Below, in pieces: positions 22,683 to 31,275 of a stretch of 42,733 nt of DNA (the stretch's first letter is position 1; the number at the start of each line of letters is the position of its first letter). This DNA comes from a virus. Below the pieces are notes generated by a model. The model had not been told where the DNA came from. It was given only the letters and a program-made list of their open reading frames with translations, and ran no database searches. The translations under genes were made by a program, and so were the position numbers. The DNA lies in IMG/VR virus record IMGVR_UViG_3300050335_000080; one strand, written 5' to 3'.

Positions 22683-24500
22683 CTATCGATACAGGTATTC
22701 CTCCGGCGGGATCCATTTGTCCGTGCCGTTGGTGAACACGTCGAGCTCCCGGCTGTACGTGTACCCCTTCGGCACCAGGTACGCCGGAATTTTCCAGGTG
22801 GTGCCCAGGATCCAGTTGAGCATGCCCTTCTTCGCCGTTTCCTTTTTCATCAGTTCGTCGGCGATCTTCAGTTTTTCCTCAGTCTTGTCGGGACCAAGGT
22901 TCCTGGTCCTTGTCAGGAAGGCGCTCATGAAAAGCGGCAGCTCCTCTTCCCGGAGCTTCGCCTCCTTGTAGCGCCTTTTCACCTCGCCGTTCACATAGCT
23001 CTGGGCCGGGTCCTTACTGTCCTCCATGTACTTCTTCAGTTCGTTGACCTTGGCCTGGCTCTGCCTGGAGGCCGCCGACAACAGCTGTTCCCTGGTGGTG
23101 ATCTCCCCACGGTCGATGGCGTCCCGGATGGCCCACTCCTCCGCCAGGGCGGCCTGTTTCTCCGCCTCGTCGTAGGTCGGTTTGTGCACCTTCCGGAAGA
23201 CGGACTGCGCCCGGGCGAGCTGGGCGTCCGTGGCTCCCTTCTCCTTCATTGTGGCCAGAAACTCCTCTTCCGAAGCAGTCGCAAGCGCCAGGTCCTCGGC
23301 CTCCCCCTCGAAGACGGCTCTATGCTCATTTATCGCCCGCCGTACCGTCCCCGGAGGCACCCCGTACTGCTCGCCCAGGGCGAGGATCTCCTCTTCGTCC
23401 TTCGCGAAGTCGGCCCGGACCCCGAAGTCCTGGGCGTTCCACCGCATCCAGTTGTTCACCAGGGTACGTCTCTTTTTCTCCGGCACGCCCATACGTGCGA
23501 GCTGCGCGTCCAGTTCCTTCGCGGAAGAGGCCCCCTCCACCGTATCGGCGATCCGTTCATTCCTCACCCGGGTTGCCTCCGCCTGCGCCGTGCGCCGTTC
23601 GGAGTACCGTGTCTTCACCGCCGTGACCAGGCTGTTCTCCCTGTCCCCCTCGTAGTGCTCCCGGATATACCGGAGCGCCGCGGTTTCGGACCCGAAGCGC
23701 TTCACCAGCTTGTCCGCCTCTTCCTGGGTCCAGATCACGGCCACCTGGGCATCGATGGCCTTCGCCCACTTCGCGTGGTTCGTGCCGTCGATGGCGCCCT
23801 TGTTTTTCTTGAAGTACGCTTCCGCAGCCTTCGGGTCCGTCTCCAACCACTGGGCCAGGCGGGCCTCGTGGGCTGCCGAGTGCAGCGCCTTCACCTTGGC
23901 CGTGACCACTTCCTCCCCCTGGTCCGCCAGGAGGGTCAGCAGGGCGTTCTCCGCAGTGTCCAGCTGCGCCTCGAATATGCCGTCGTCGGCGTAGTTTGCC
24001 GCGATGGTGTTCACGGCGTTCGTCACCGCCTGGTTCGTCACCTCCACCCGGTAGTTCTGGAACTCCGCCCGCTCATGCCGGGCGATGGAATCCACCTTGC
24101 TGCTCCGGTTCCGGAGGATGTATTTCGAGAAGAGGCTCCTCTGGTTCTCGTTTTCCAGCCCCTTCATGAGATCGGATTCGAGCTTTCCGAACCACTCCGT
24201 CGCCTCGCCGCTCATGCCCTTGGCGCCTTTGCCCTTGCGGTTGAAGAGCCCGGAATCCGGGTCGTTCAGGTACTTCGTGGTCAGCTCGTCCCACGAGTTC
24301 GCCGCCTCGAGTACGGCCGCGTCGTCGGCCTTCTGCCGCATGTCAAGGGCGATCCTGACGCCCTCGTCGGCCACGTCGCCGAGCATGCGCCCGGCCTGCT
24401 GCATCGCCTTCGCCTCGAACCCGCCGGCCGCCCCCTCGGGCAGCGCCACGGGCCGGGACACCTCCGGGGAGAGCCCCCGCTCGTACACCGGGACCCTCAT
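22683..24500 (-). CDS. Internal virion (core/ejection) protein, gp15-position
   Basis: 605 aa, helical and charged. It lies between the gp14-like gene and the giant gene. The assignment rests on synteny with the T7 core genes, and no enzymatic motif was seen. Confidence 0.6.
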   Translation of the reverse strand: MRVPVYERGLSPEVSRPVALPEGAAGGFEAKAMQQAGRMLGDVADEGVRIALDMRQKADDAAVLEAANSWDELTTKYLNDPDSGLFNRKGKGAKGMSGEATEWFGKLESDLMKGLENENQRSLFSKYILRNRSSKVDSIARHERAEFQNYRVEVTNQAVTNAVNTIAANYADDGIFEAQLDTAENALLTLLADQGEEVVTAKVKALHSAAHEARLAQWLETDPKAAEAYFKKNKGAIDGTNHAKWAKAIDAQVAVIWTQEEADKLVKRFGSETAALRYIREHYEGDRENSLVTAVKTRYSERRTAQAEATRVRNERIADTVEGASSAKELDAQLARMGVPEKKRRTLVNNWMRWNAQDFGVRADFAKDEEEILALGEQYGVPPGTVRRAINEHRAVFEGEAEDLALATASEEEFLATMKEKGATDAQLARAQSVFRKVHKPTYDEAEKQAALAEEWAIRDAIDRGEITTREQLLSAASRQSQAKVNELKKYMEDSKDPAQSYVNGEVKRRYKEAKLREEELPLFMSAFLTRTRNLGPDKTEEKLKIADELMKKETAKKGMLNWILGTTWKIPAYLVPKGYTYSRELDVFTNGTDKWIPPEEYLYR

Positions 24501-24501
24501 G

Positions 24502-25086
24502 TCAGCGCCCCCTGCGGAACAGGTGCCGGTAGCCGGTGGCGTTGTACGTCAGGGGAGACCCTGCCGCCGCCGATCCGCCCACGTTCCACCCCGACGCCGT
24601 GCCGCCCTTGAAGGGGTTGTACCCCATCTTGTACCAGCTGCTCGCCACCGAGGCACCCGTCCCCAGCAGGGACGTGACGGCGCTGAAGGTGGCGGCGCTC
24701 TTCGCAGACGATGCGGCCGAACGGGCGTTGTTCGCCTCGTCCTGCAGGTCCGCCCGCCGCACCTGGGCGTTGTACCGGAGGGTGGCCACGTCCTTCATCC
24801 CTTCCCCCTCCGTGTCGAGCACGGACGCCAGGGGCGTGCCCGTGCCGGGGGAAAATCCAGATGCCCCGTACCCCGCCCGCTGTTCCCCCTTGATCACGGC
24901 CATCTTCCGCTTCAGCCGGGCCTCCTCCTGCCCGGCGGCCGTCACTTCCTCGTGGGCGCGCCGTTCCGCCTGGGCGGCCTGGGCTTCGTACTGGGCGGCC
25001 TGGGCCTGACCGGCCTGGTAGGTCCCGATGGCCGTAATGACGCCCGCGGCGGCCTGCAGCACGCTAAAAGTTGCCGCTAGACTCAT
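24502..25086 (-). CDS. Internal virion protein, gp14-position (hydrophobic N-terminus, Ala/Gln/Gly-rich)
   Basis: The likely ATG is at 25086, after GAGAGG. MSLAATFSVLQAAAGVITAIG is a hydrophobic helix. The C-terminus is Gly/Ser/Ala-rich. Confidence 0.6.
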   Translation of the reverse strand: MSLAATFSVLQAAAGVITAIGTYQAGQAQAAQYEAQAAQAERRAHEEVTAAGQEEARLKRKMAVIKGEQRAGYGASGFSPGTGTPLASVLDTEGEGMKDVATLRYNAQVRRADLQDEANNARSAASSAKSAATFSAVTSLLGTGASVASSWYKMGYNPFKGGTASGWNVGGSAAAGSPLTYNATGYRHLFRRGR

Positions 25087-25552
25087 TTTTTTCACCTCTC
25101 ATCCAGGCGTAATGGAACGGCAGCCCGTCGATGCCGTAGGGCGCCGGATCCTCTATATTGAAACCGAGCCATTTCATCCACTTCACCGATGTCTCGTTCC
25201 GGGCGTCCACCCAGTTCACCAGCAGGCTGTAGCTCGATTTCACCGTTTTCAAGTAGTCCCTCACCGTCCGCAGGTAGGGCAGCGCCGCCCGTTCGATTTC
25301 TTCCGTGGCCAGCTGCCAGGGATATCCCACCCCCCCCAGCATCCCCCCGGGAAAGCACCCCGCCATGCCGATGGCCTTTCCGTCCCACGTGCCCACCCAC
25401 AGCAGCGGACTCTTCTTCGCCGCCAGCCACAGCCCCTCGTAGGGGAGCAGCCTCGAGGCCGCCCAGATCTCCTGTTTGTCGGATAGCCTCATCCCGTCGG
25501 CGATGACGGCCACGTCTCCCTCACGCAGAGGGCGCACCTCGAAGCGTCCCAT
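25064..25552 (-). CDS. Small virion-assembly/internal protein at the gp13 position (possibly a GNAT-like fold)
   Basis: ATG at 25552, 7 nt after GGAGG and 2 nt after the upstream stop. The 162-aa sequence MGRFEVRPLREGDVAVIADGMRLSDKQEIWA... resembles the DUF2833/gp13-type pattern from memory only. Confidence 0.5.
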   Translation of the reverse strand: MGRFEVRPLREGDVAVIADGMRLSDKQEIWAASRLLPYEGLWLAAKKSPLLWVGTWDGKAIGMAGCFPGGMLGGVGYPWQLATEEIERAALPYLRTVRDYLKTVKSSYSLLVNWVDARNETSVKWMKWLGFNIEDPAPYGIDGLPFHYAWMRGEKNESSGNF

Positions 25553-25554
25553 CC

Positions 25555-27864
25555 TTACCCTCCGATGTCCGCGGAGTGGAGTATGCCGAGCAATGTGAAC
25601 GGCAGGGGGTACGCCTGCTTCACATACAGCCGCCCGCCGTTCCGGTCCCATCCGCTGTCCAGCGCCACCGGTGCCGTGTCCCCCGTGAACAGGGGCTGGG
25701 GATCATACGTGATAAACTCCGGCTTCACTTCCACCAGGAGGTCCTTCCGGTCCCCAGGCGCCACGGCCAGCCCCCTCGTGTCCCGCACCCGCAGGATCAC
25801 GCCGGGGATCCGGACTCTCCTCCCCTGCATGGTCCCGTCCCGGAGCTGGGCGTCCAGCTGCAGGGTCTCGATTGCCGCCTCGTAGGGCAGCCCAACCGTC
25901 ACCACGCCCGCCTCGTAGGGCAGGGATATTTCCCCGTCCGTCACCGTCAGGTCCGAAACCACGCCGCCGTCCGCCAGGGCGGTCACCGTGCGCCCCTCCA
26001 GCCAGTCCAGGCCGGAGATGGACGTCACCGGCGCCCCGGAATACCGGCCGCCGCAGTCCAGGAACATGGCCTTCGTCACGTCGCCGGATCCGCCCTCGAT
26101 GGGCACCCGGTCCGCCAGCCGCTCGAGATATACCCGTTCCGATCCGCCGATCTCCCGCCGCACTGCGAAGTACACCTCGTCCCGGGAGTCCCCGGGGATG
26201 GAGCAGACCGACTCGTATTTCCCGGCCGTGGACCGGTGGGTCCAGGCCCACACATCGTGCTCCCGCAGGTAGGTCAGCACGTTTATGGTCCCGTCGTCCA
26301 TGACCGCCCAGATGAGGCTCCACGGCTGCTGCTGGTATGCCCAGGAGACCACCCGCTTCTCCTCGAACAGGTGCTCCGCGAAGAGGGAGAGGTCCCGGTT
26401 GCCGTACCCGTCCTCCTCGTAGGTGTAGCTCAGGGCGTAGACGCCGTTCCCCTTCTCCTGGACGAAAACCACGGAGTTCGAGGCCGTCAGCGCCTCCAGT
26501 TGGCAGCTGCCCACGTACCCCTGCACCTCGATCTGCATCTGCTTGTAGGTGAAGGCCCCCTGGCTCCCCGGAGACACCCTCCACTCCGAGCCGGAGGTCA
26601 GCACCAGGAGGTCCCGCAGGCTCACCATGTTCCGGATCCGGTTCACAGCCCGAGACGTCATCTGGGCCGAAATGGCGTTGTCGTCCGTCTGGGGCGCGGA
26701 GACCTTGAAGCTGGTGTAGTTCCCCGTCTCGGAAAACCACAGCTTGTTCGGGAAAGAGGGGCTGCCGCCGAAGGCGAGCCGGTCCTGGTAGAACTGCACG
26801 CTGTAGGGGTAGCCGAGCCTGGGGCTCCAGGCCCCCCGCGCCCACAATTTTGTGGCCGCCGTGCTGTAGAGCTTGTTCACCACCGTCCCCGTCACCACGG
26901 TGCCGCTCGTGTACCCCGTGATCCGCACGATGCCGTTGTTGATCCGCGCGGCGGCGTTGATGGTCACGATGCAGTCCTCATCGGCCCGCTTGGTGTAGGT
27001 CACCCGGACCTTCACCGGCTCCTGGTCGTCGGTGAGCTCCTCGCTGAAGCTGTAGTCCATTTGCCCCTCCTCCACAGCGTTTCCCACCAGGGTCCGGAAC
27101 TGCAGCCACGTGGTGCCGCCGTCATAGCTCCGCTCGAGCTTCAGGGTCCCGTCCCAGTCGCCGGAGGTGCGGAAGTTCCAGTCCCCCTCCACGTCGATGG
27201 ACGGGGACGTTCCGGAGGCGCTGAAGGTGTGTTTCAGGCTGTTCTCAGGCACCCGCTGGCTCACCCGCACCAGCTCCCCCACGTCGGTGGACTGCCAGAT
27301 GGACGCGCTCGCCGTCAGGGTAACCGTCCCTCCCGCCGTCAGTGTGCCCGTGGGGGTGATGGTAGTGCTGCCCGTGTTCTCGTCCAGGAACGGCCCCAGC
27401 TTGAAGGCGTAGTCGTTCAGCTCCCAGTCGTCGTGGCCGTACCGCTCCAGCTGCTTCGGGGGGACGGTGGGGTGCACCAGGTAAAGCACGTCGGCGCTCT
27501 GGGTGTAGCCGATGTCGGGCAGCATGTCCTCTGTGTAGGGGGTGGCCACCTCGTAGGGAACGGCCCCGTCCATTACGTAGTCCCCGTCCATAATCACCCG
27601 CAGGTACTCGTGGCCGAACTCCAGCGCGTAGGCCTGCTCCACCGAATAGACGAAGGGAATCAGGCGCACCGTCCGCGACGGGTACTTTGTCTGCCCCACG
27701 TACCAGGTGCCCGGAAGGTTGCTGACCCCTCCGTGGGGATGGACGAACACGTTCTTCGCTAGGCGCAGCCCCGTCTGGTACTTCGCCAGGTCCGTCCGCG
27801 CCCACAGGGCTGGAGACAGCTCCCCCCCGGCGAAGGACGCCTGGAGCACTCTCAGGTCCGCCAT
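25555..27864 (-). CDS. Tail tubular protein B (nozzle, T7 gp12-like)
   Basis: The N-terminus LQASFAGGELSPALWARTDLAKYQTGLRLAKNVFVHPHGGVSNLPG is the characteristic start of podovirus tubular-B proteins. Its 769-aa size and its position after the tubular-A gene fit. Confidence 0.8.
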   Translation of the reverse strand: MADLRVLQASFAGGELSPALWARTDLAKYQTGLRLAKNVFVHPHGGVSNLPGTWYVGQTKYPSRTVRLIPFVYSVEQAYALEFGHEYLRVIMDGDYVMDGAVPYEVATPYTEDMLPDIGYTQSADVLYLVHPTVPPKQLERYGHDDWELNDYAFKLGPFLDENTGSTTITPTGTLTAGGTVTLTASASIWQSTDVGELVRVSQRVPENSLKHTFSASGTSPSIDVEGDWNFRTSGDWDGTLKLERSYDGGTTWLQFRTLVGNAVEEGQMDYSFSEELTDDQEPVKVRVTYTKRADEDCIVTINAAARINNGIVRITGYTSGTVVTGTVVNKLYSTAATKLWARGAWSPRLGYPYSVQFYQDRLAFGGSPSFPNKLWFSETGNYTSFKVSAPQTDDNAISAQMTSRAVNRIRNMVSLRDLLVLTSGSEWRVSPGSQGAFTYKQMQIEVQGYVGSCQLEALTASNSVVFVQEKGNGVYALSYTYEEDGYGNRDLSLFAEHLFEEKRVVSWAYQQQPWSLIWAVMDDGTINVLTYLREHDVWAWTHRSTAGKYESVCSIPGDSRDEVYFAVRREIGGSERVYLERLADRVPIEGGSGDVTKAMFLDCGGRYSGAPVTSISGLDWLEGRTVTALADGGVVSDLTVTDGEISLPYEAGVVTVGLPYEAAIETLQLDAQLRDGTMQGRRVRIPGVILRVRDTRGLAVAPGDRKDLLVEVKPEFITYDPQPLFTGDTAPVALDSGWDRNGGRLYVKQAYPLPFTLLGILHSADIGG

Positions 27865-27865
27865 G

Positions 27866-28462
27866 TCAGCGCCTCGACTTCACGTACCGGTCGTAGGCGG
27901 GCCGTTCCGTCTGCTCGTTGGATGACGTGGCCTTCGCCTCGGCCAGCAGGGCGCCGTACACCTGGAGCAGGCTGCCCCGCTCCTTCGAGTCGCCCGTCAG
28001 CCCCGTCACCAGGTCCGCCGCCAGCCGGTAGGAGAGTGCGCTCACGAACTGGGCGTCAAACTGGGCCGGGTCGGTGATCCGGGCCGTGTACTCCAGGTAG
28101 GCCTCCGGCTCGTCCGAGAGAATGTACTTCTGCGTCCCCGCGGCCGCCGACACCACCGTGTACTCCAGGGGCACGTCAGGCTTCCTGGTCCCCGCCCCCA
28201 CGATCCTCCGGGGGGCGAGGCAGTCCGCCGGATAGGCGTAAGCGTGCTCCCAGTTCGGGAACGTCACGTCCGCCGCCAGGGCGAGGGGGCGCAACTTCGT
28301 GCTGAAGGACCACTTGAAGCCCCGCAGCACCTCGTCGCGGCACACCTCGTAATGCCGGGCGCACAGCCTGGCTTCCGCCGACTGCTCGTCCAGCGCTGAT
28401 ATGGAATAGCCTCCCACGTGGGAGAGGGCGAGATTGCAGATTGATATAACCGATGCGGGCAT
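27866..28462 (-). CDS. Tail tubular protein A/adaptor (T7 gp11-like)
   Basis: SVISICNLALSHVGGYSISALDEQSAEARLCARHY...FKWSF fits the gp11-family N-terminus. 198 aa. Confidence 0.7.
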   Translation of the reverse strand: MPASVISICNLALSHVGGYSISALDEQSAEARLCARHYEVCRDEVLRGFKWSFSTKLRPLALAADVTFPNWEHAYAYPADCLAPRRIVGAGTRKPDVPLEYTVVSAAAGTQKYILSDEPEAYLEYTARITDPAQFDAQFVSALSYRLAADLVTGLTGDSKERGSLLQVYGALLAEAKATSSNEQTERPAYDRYVKSRR

Positions 28463-28478
28463 GGTCTGTCCCCCCTAG

Positions 28479-28505
28479 AAAAAAAGGGGATGGTCGCCCA
28501 TCCCC
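28479..28505 (-). terminator. Strong intrinsic terminator between the capsid block and the tail-tube genes
   Basis: The minus strand reads GGGGATGG-gcga-CCATCCCC followed by TTTTTTT. Confidence 0.75.
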
Positions 28506-28509
28506 GCTG

Positions 28510-28839
28510 TCATTCGTCCGTATGCTCAGGTTCCGCCGCCGATTTCTTCTTCCGCTGCCGCTTCGGTTTCGGTTGTTCCGGTTCCGTCCACTCTTCCGGA
28601 GGAAAGGGCGGAACGCCGTTCCCTGCTCCCGGGAGGTCCTCCTGCTGTTCCTTCGGAGGATCCGGCGGCACCTCCGCCCGAATCTCCGGCTGCTCCGGAG
28701 GATGGACATCCGCACCTGGTTCCGCTGTTGCTGGCGCTACGGGCTCAAAGGAGGGAGGGCAGGAATCGAAGTGCTCCTCCTGCCCCACCTTCCAGTACTG
28801 TCCCCGCCGGTAGCACCGTCGTTTGCACCGGCAGAGCAT
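28510..28839 (-). CDS. Hypothetical Cys-cluster plus Pro/Glu-rich protein
   Basis: It starts 4 nt after the decoration-gene stop. The N-terminus is CRCKRRCYRRGQYWKVGQEEHFDSC, followed by an acidic Pro-rich tail. No clear RBS, and coding status is uncertain. Confidence 0.4.
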   Translation of the reverse strand: MLCRCKRRCYRRGQYWKVGQEEHFDSCPPSFEPVAPATAEPGADVHPPEQPEIRAEVPPDPPKEQQEDLPGAGNGVPPFPPEEWTEPEQPKPKRQRKKKSAAEPEHTDE

Positions 28840-28843
28840 GGGA

Positions 28844-29245
28844 TCAGCTCAACTTGTCGATGCCGCTGACGAGGTAGGCGTCGAATTTCCCTGCGGTCAG
28901 GACGGCCGTGCCGATGGTGTAGAGCACCCGGAGGTACCGCTTGCACCCCATGGGGATCCGCGCCCGGATCACCTGGGTGCCTGCCGTGAGGCTCGCCTTT
29001 CCGATGGCGGCTGTCGCGAGCAGCGTCTCGGCGGTCCCGAAGGCGCTGTCGCTGTCCGTCTGCAGGGCGAAGGTCACCGTGGCGTTTCCATCGGAGGTGA
29101 CGGTGGTCTGGACGGCCACCACGAGCCACAGGGAGTCGAGAGCGTCTCCGGCCGTGGTCAGGTCGATAATGTTGTCCGACGCGTGGGCGGCTACCGTGGT
29201 CTCGTCCTGGGCGTCAGAAAATACCAGTTCCTTGTCGAGAATCAT
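28844..29245 (-). CDS. Capsid decoration/cement protein (Bbp16-like, Bordetella phage BPP-1 type)
   Basis: MILDKELVFSDAQDETTVAAHASDNIIDL...CKRYLRVLYTIGTAVLTAGKFDAYLV. It lies directly after the capsid gene. RBS AGGAGG. Confidence 0.65.
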   Translation of the reverse strand: MILDKELVFSDAQDETTVAAHASDNIIDLTTAGDALDSLWLVVAVQTTVTSDGNATVTFALQTDSDSAFGTAETLLATAAIGKASLTAGTQVIRARIPMGCKRYLRVLYTIGTAVLTAGKFDAYLVSGIDKLS

Positions 29246-29272
29246 GCTGTTATCCTCCTGTCTTCGTCAGGC

Positions 29273-30277
29273 TCAGGCCGAGGCGACGAGGTCTTCGTCG
29301 TTGACGAGAGCGTCGCAGACCGCCACCGGGATGTTGTCGAAGGTCATGACGCGCTTTCCGGCCACGCTCTCCCAGGTGAGGTTGTAGGCGATCTTTTCCA
29401 GGATGCCCTTGCGCAGCGCCGTGTGGACCCTCCGGTTCATGCACCAGCAGGCCCGGCCCATACCCAGGTTGGGGATGCGCTCCTCCGCCTCGATCATGTA
29501 GTTGATGAGCGCCTTCTGTGCCGTGGCTCCCGAGAGCTCGCTCAAGTCCACGTTGGCGATCCGGACGGCGTAGTGCCAGTCCCTCACGGTCAGGCCCAGG
29601 TCCCACTTGTAGTGGGTCCTGTATCCCTGGTACCTGCCGCCCTGGGCGTCCTCCAGGGTCACCTCGCCCAGGTCACGGTGGCTGAGCCCGGCGGGAAGCC
29701 CCTTGGGGTACAGGCCGTGGACCGTGTTCGGGCCCCAGACGATCAGCCAGATGCTGGTGTTGTCGTCGCCGGAGCCTGTGCCGTTCACCACGTTGTAGGT
29801 GGACAGCTTCTCGTCGGCCGTCTGGTATGCGTTGTACCGGAGCGCCAGTCCGTTGAACTTCTCCGGCTCCAGGGTTGTGTTGCCGTAGAACAGGGTGGTG
29901 GCCATCTCCTGGTTCATGGCCTCCAGGAACGCCCGGTCCTCGGAGAGGCGGAACGCTGCCGTGTTGCCGTTCAGGTCGGCAAGCGCCTTGTCCACCTCGG
30001 CGTAGGCCTCCAGCATGCCGCACGCGTCGCTGACCTGTTTGGTCCGCGATTTGCTGGGCTGGACGCCGTAGTTCAACAGCCTCCAGGTGGCGCTGGGCAG
30101 CCCGGTCCGCACCGTTGTCTTGTGGGACGTGCCGTTATTGCACTCCACGGCGGTCATGTATTTCAGGATGTCGTTGGTCTCGCTCAGCAGCTCGACGATG
30201 GTGGCGATCTTTCCGTCAGGATCGCTCCTGCGGGCCACGTCCATCAGGGTGGGGTTCTCGTATCCGATTGTGCTCAT
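29273..30277 (-). CDS. Major capsid protein (HK97-fold family common in BPP-1-like and other podoviruses)
   Basis: NPTLMDVARRSDPDGKIATIVELLSETNDILKYMTAVECNNGTSHKTTVRTGLPSATWRLLNYGVQPSKS is a recognisable MCP-family N-terminus. RBS GAGGAGG. It follows the scaffold gene. Confidence 0.85.
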   Translation of the reverse strand: MSTIGYENPTLMDVARRSDPDGKIATIVELLSETNDILKYMTAVECNNGTSHKTTVRTGLPSATWRLLNYGVQPSKSRTKQVSDACGMLEAYAEVDKALADLNGNTAAFRLSEDRAFLEAMNQEMATTLFYGNTTLEPEKFNGLALRYNAYQTADEKLSTYNVVNGTGSGDDNTSIWLIVWGPNTVHGLYPKGLPAGLSHRDLGEVTLEDAQGGRYQGYRTHYKWDLGLTVRDWHYAVRIANVDLSELSGATAQKALINYMIEAEERIPNLGMGRACWCMNRRVHTALRKGILEKIAYNLTWESVAGKRVMTFDNIPVAVCDALVNDEDLVASA

Positions 30278-30295
30278 GATTTCCTCCTCAGATTA

Positions 30296-30976
30296 TTATT
30301 TGCCCATGGAGGGATAGAGCACCTCGGCCGGCGACTTCTGGCCGAAGGTCGCCCGTCCTCCGGGCGTCTGGTCCTCGGCAAGCATCTTTCCCGCGGCGAT
30401 GAACACCCGGATCAGCTCCGGGTCGTTCAGGGAAATGAACTGCCGCTCGTTCAGGTGCTTGACAAGCCGTCCTTCCGGATCGACGGTCTTCAGGAACCGC
30501 TCGGCGGAGGCCATGTTCTCGGCCAATTTCTCCCCGCCGTACTGTGGATCCGCCTTCACGGCCGCCGAGTCCTGCTCTATGAACCTCATGGCCGCTTCCG
30601 TCTGCCGCGCGCTCATCTCGGATACCTTCTTCGAGTACATGTCGGCGAACTTCTGGGCCTGTGTGGTGGTGAGCTTCAGCTCTTTCGCCAGGGGCGTGAA
30701 TTCGGCGATGAGCGCCTCGTCGGGCTGCATGCCGTCCGGGAGCTGGAACTCGTACTTCTCCGGGATCCCCTCCTCCGGCTGCTTCGCCTTGTCCTGCCCG
30801 CCGTCACCGGTATTTTCGGGTTCGGCTGCGGGCTCCTGAGCCGCCTGTCCTCCGCCGCCGAGCAGGCTCTTCGCCTGTTCGGGTGCCGTGCTCGCGGCCT
30901 GGGGTGTTCCCCCGGCCTTCTCCTGCCCCCCGGGTACGGTGTCTGCCTGACCGGGTGCTGGTGTCTGCTCCGTCAT
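30296..30976 (-). CDS. Scaffolding protein
   Basis: ATG at 30976 with an ATGA overlap on the upstream gene. The N-terminus is acidic and low-complexity, followed by a helical region. Its position between the portal block and the capsid gene fits. Confidence 0.65.
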   Translation of the reverse strand: MTEQTPAPGQADTVPGGQEKAGGTPQAASTAPEQAKSLLGGGGQAAQEPAAEPENTGDGGQDKAKQPEEGIPEKYEFQLPDGMQPDEALIAEFTPLAKELKLTTTQAQKFADMYSKKVSEMSARQTEAAMRFIEQDSAAVKADPQYGGEKLAENMASAERFLKTVDPEGRLVKHLNERQFISLNDPELIRVFIAAGKMLAEDQTPGGRATFGQKSPAEVLYPSMGK

Positions 30977-31275
30977 TTCCGATTGCCTCCTTTGGGTATC
31001 AGGTCGTTGTTCGTCATCCAGCGCAGGAACTCCCGCGCCATGCGTCCCTCGTGATCCGGGTCCACGTCCATGAGGTCCGCCTTGATCTGCAGCCCCACGG
31101 AACGCTTCCCCTCGTTGTAAAAGCTCGTACTGTTGCCGGTGAATGTCGTCTGGTAGATGCCGGCGATCTCCAGGAGCCGCCACAAAAAACGGAGACCCTC
31201 GGGGGTTCCGAGGATCTTCTTCAGGTCGTCCTTCTCAAGTTCGCGCCGCCGTCTCAGCCGTTCGTCGTCGGTCAT
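30973..31275 (-). CDS. Conserved small head-module protein (Bbp19-like)
   Basis: LKKILGTPEGLRFLWRLLEIAGIYQTTFTGNSTSFYNEGKRSVGLQIKADL matches the pattern I recall for the Bbp19-like family. ATGA overlap with the portal stop. Confidence 0.6.
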   Translation of the reverse strand: MTDDERLRRRRELEKDDLKKILGTPEGLRFLWRLLEIAGIYQTTFTGNSTSFYNEGKRSVGLQIKADLMDVDPDHEGRMAREFLRWMTNNDLIPKGGNRK

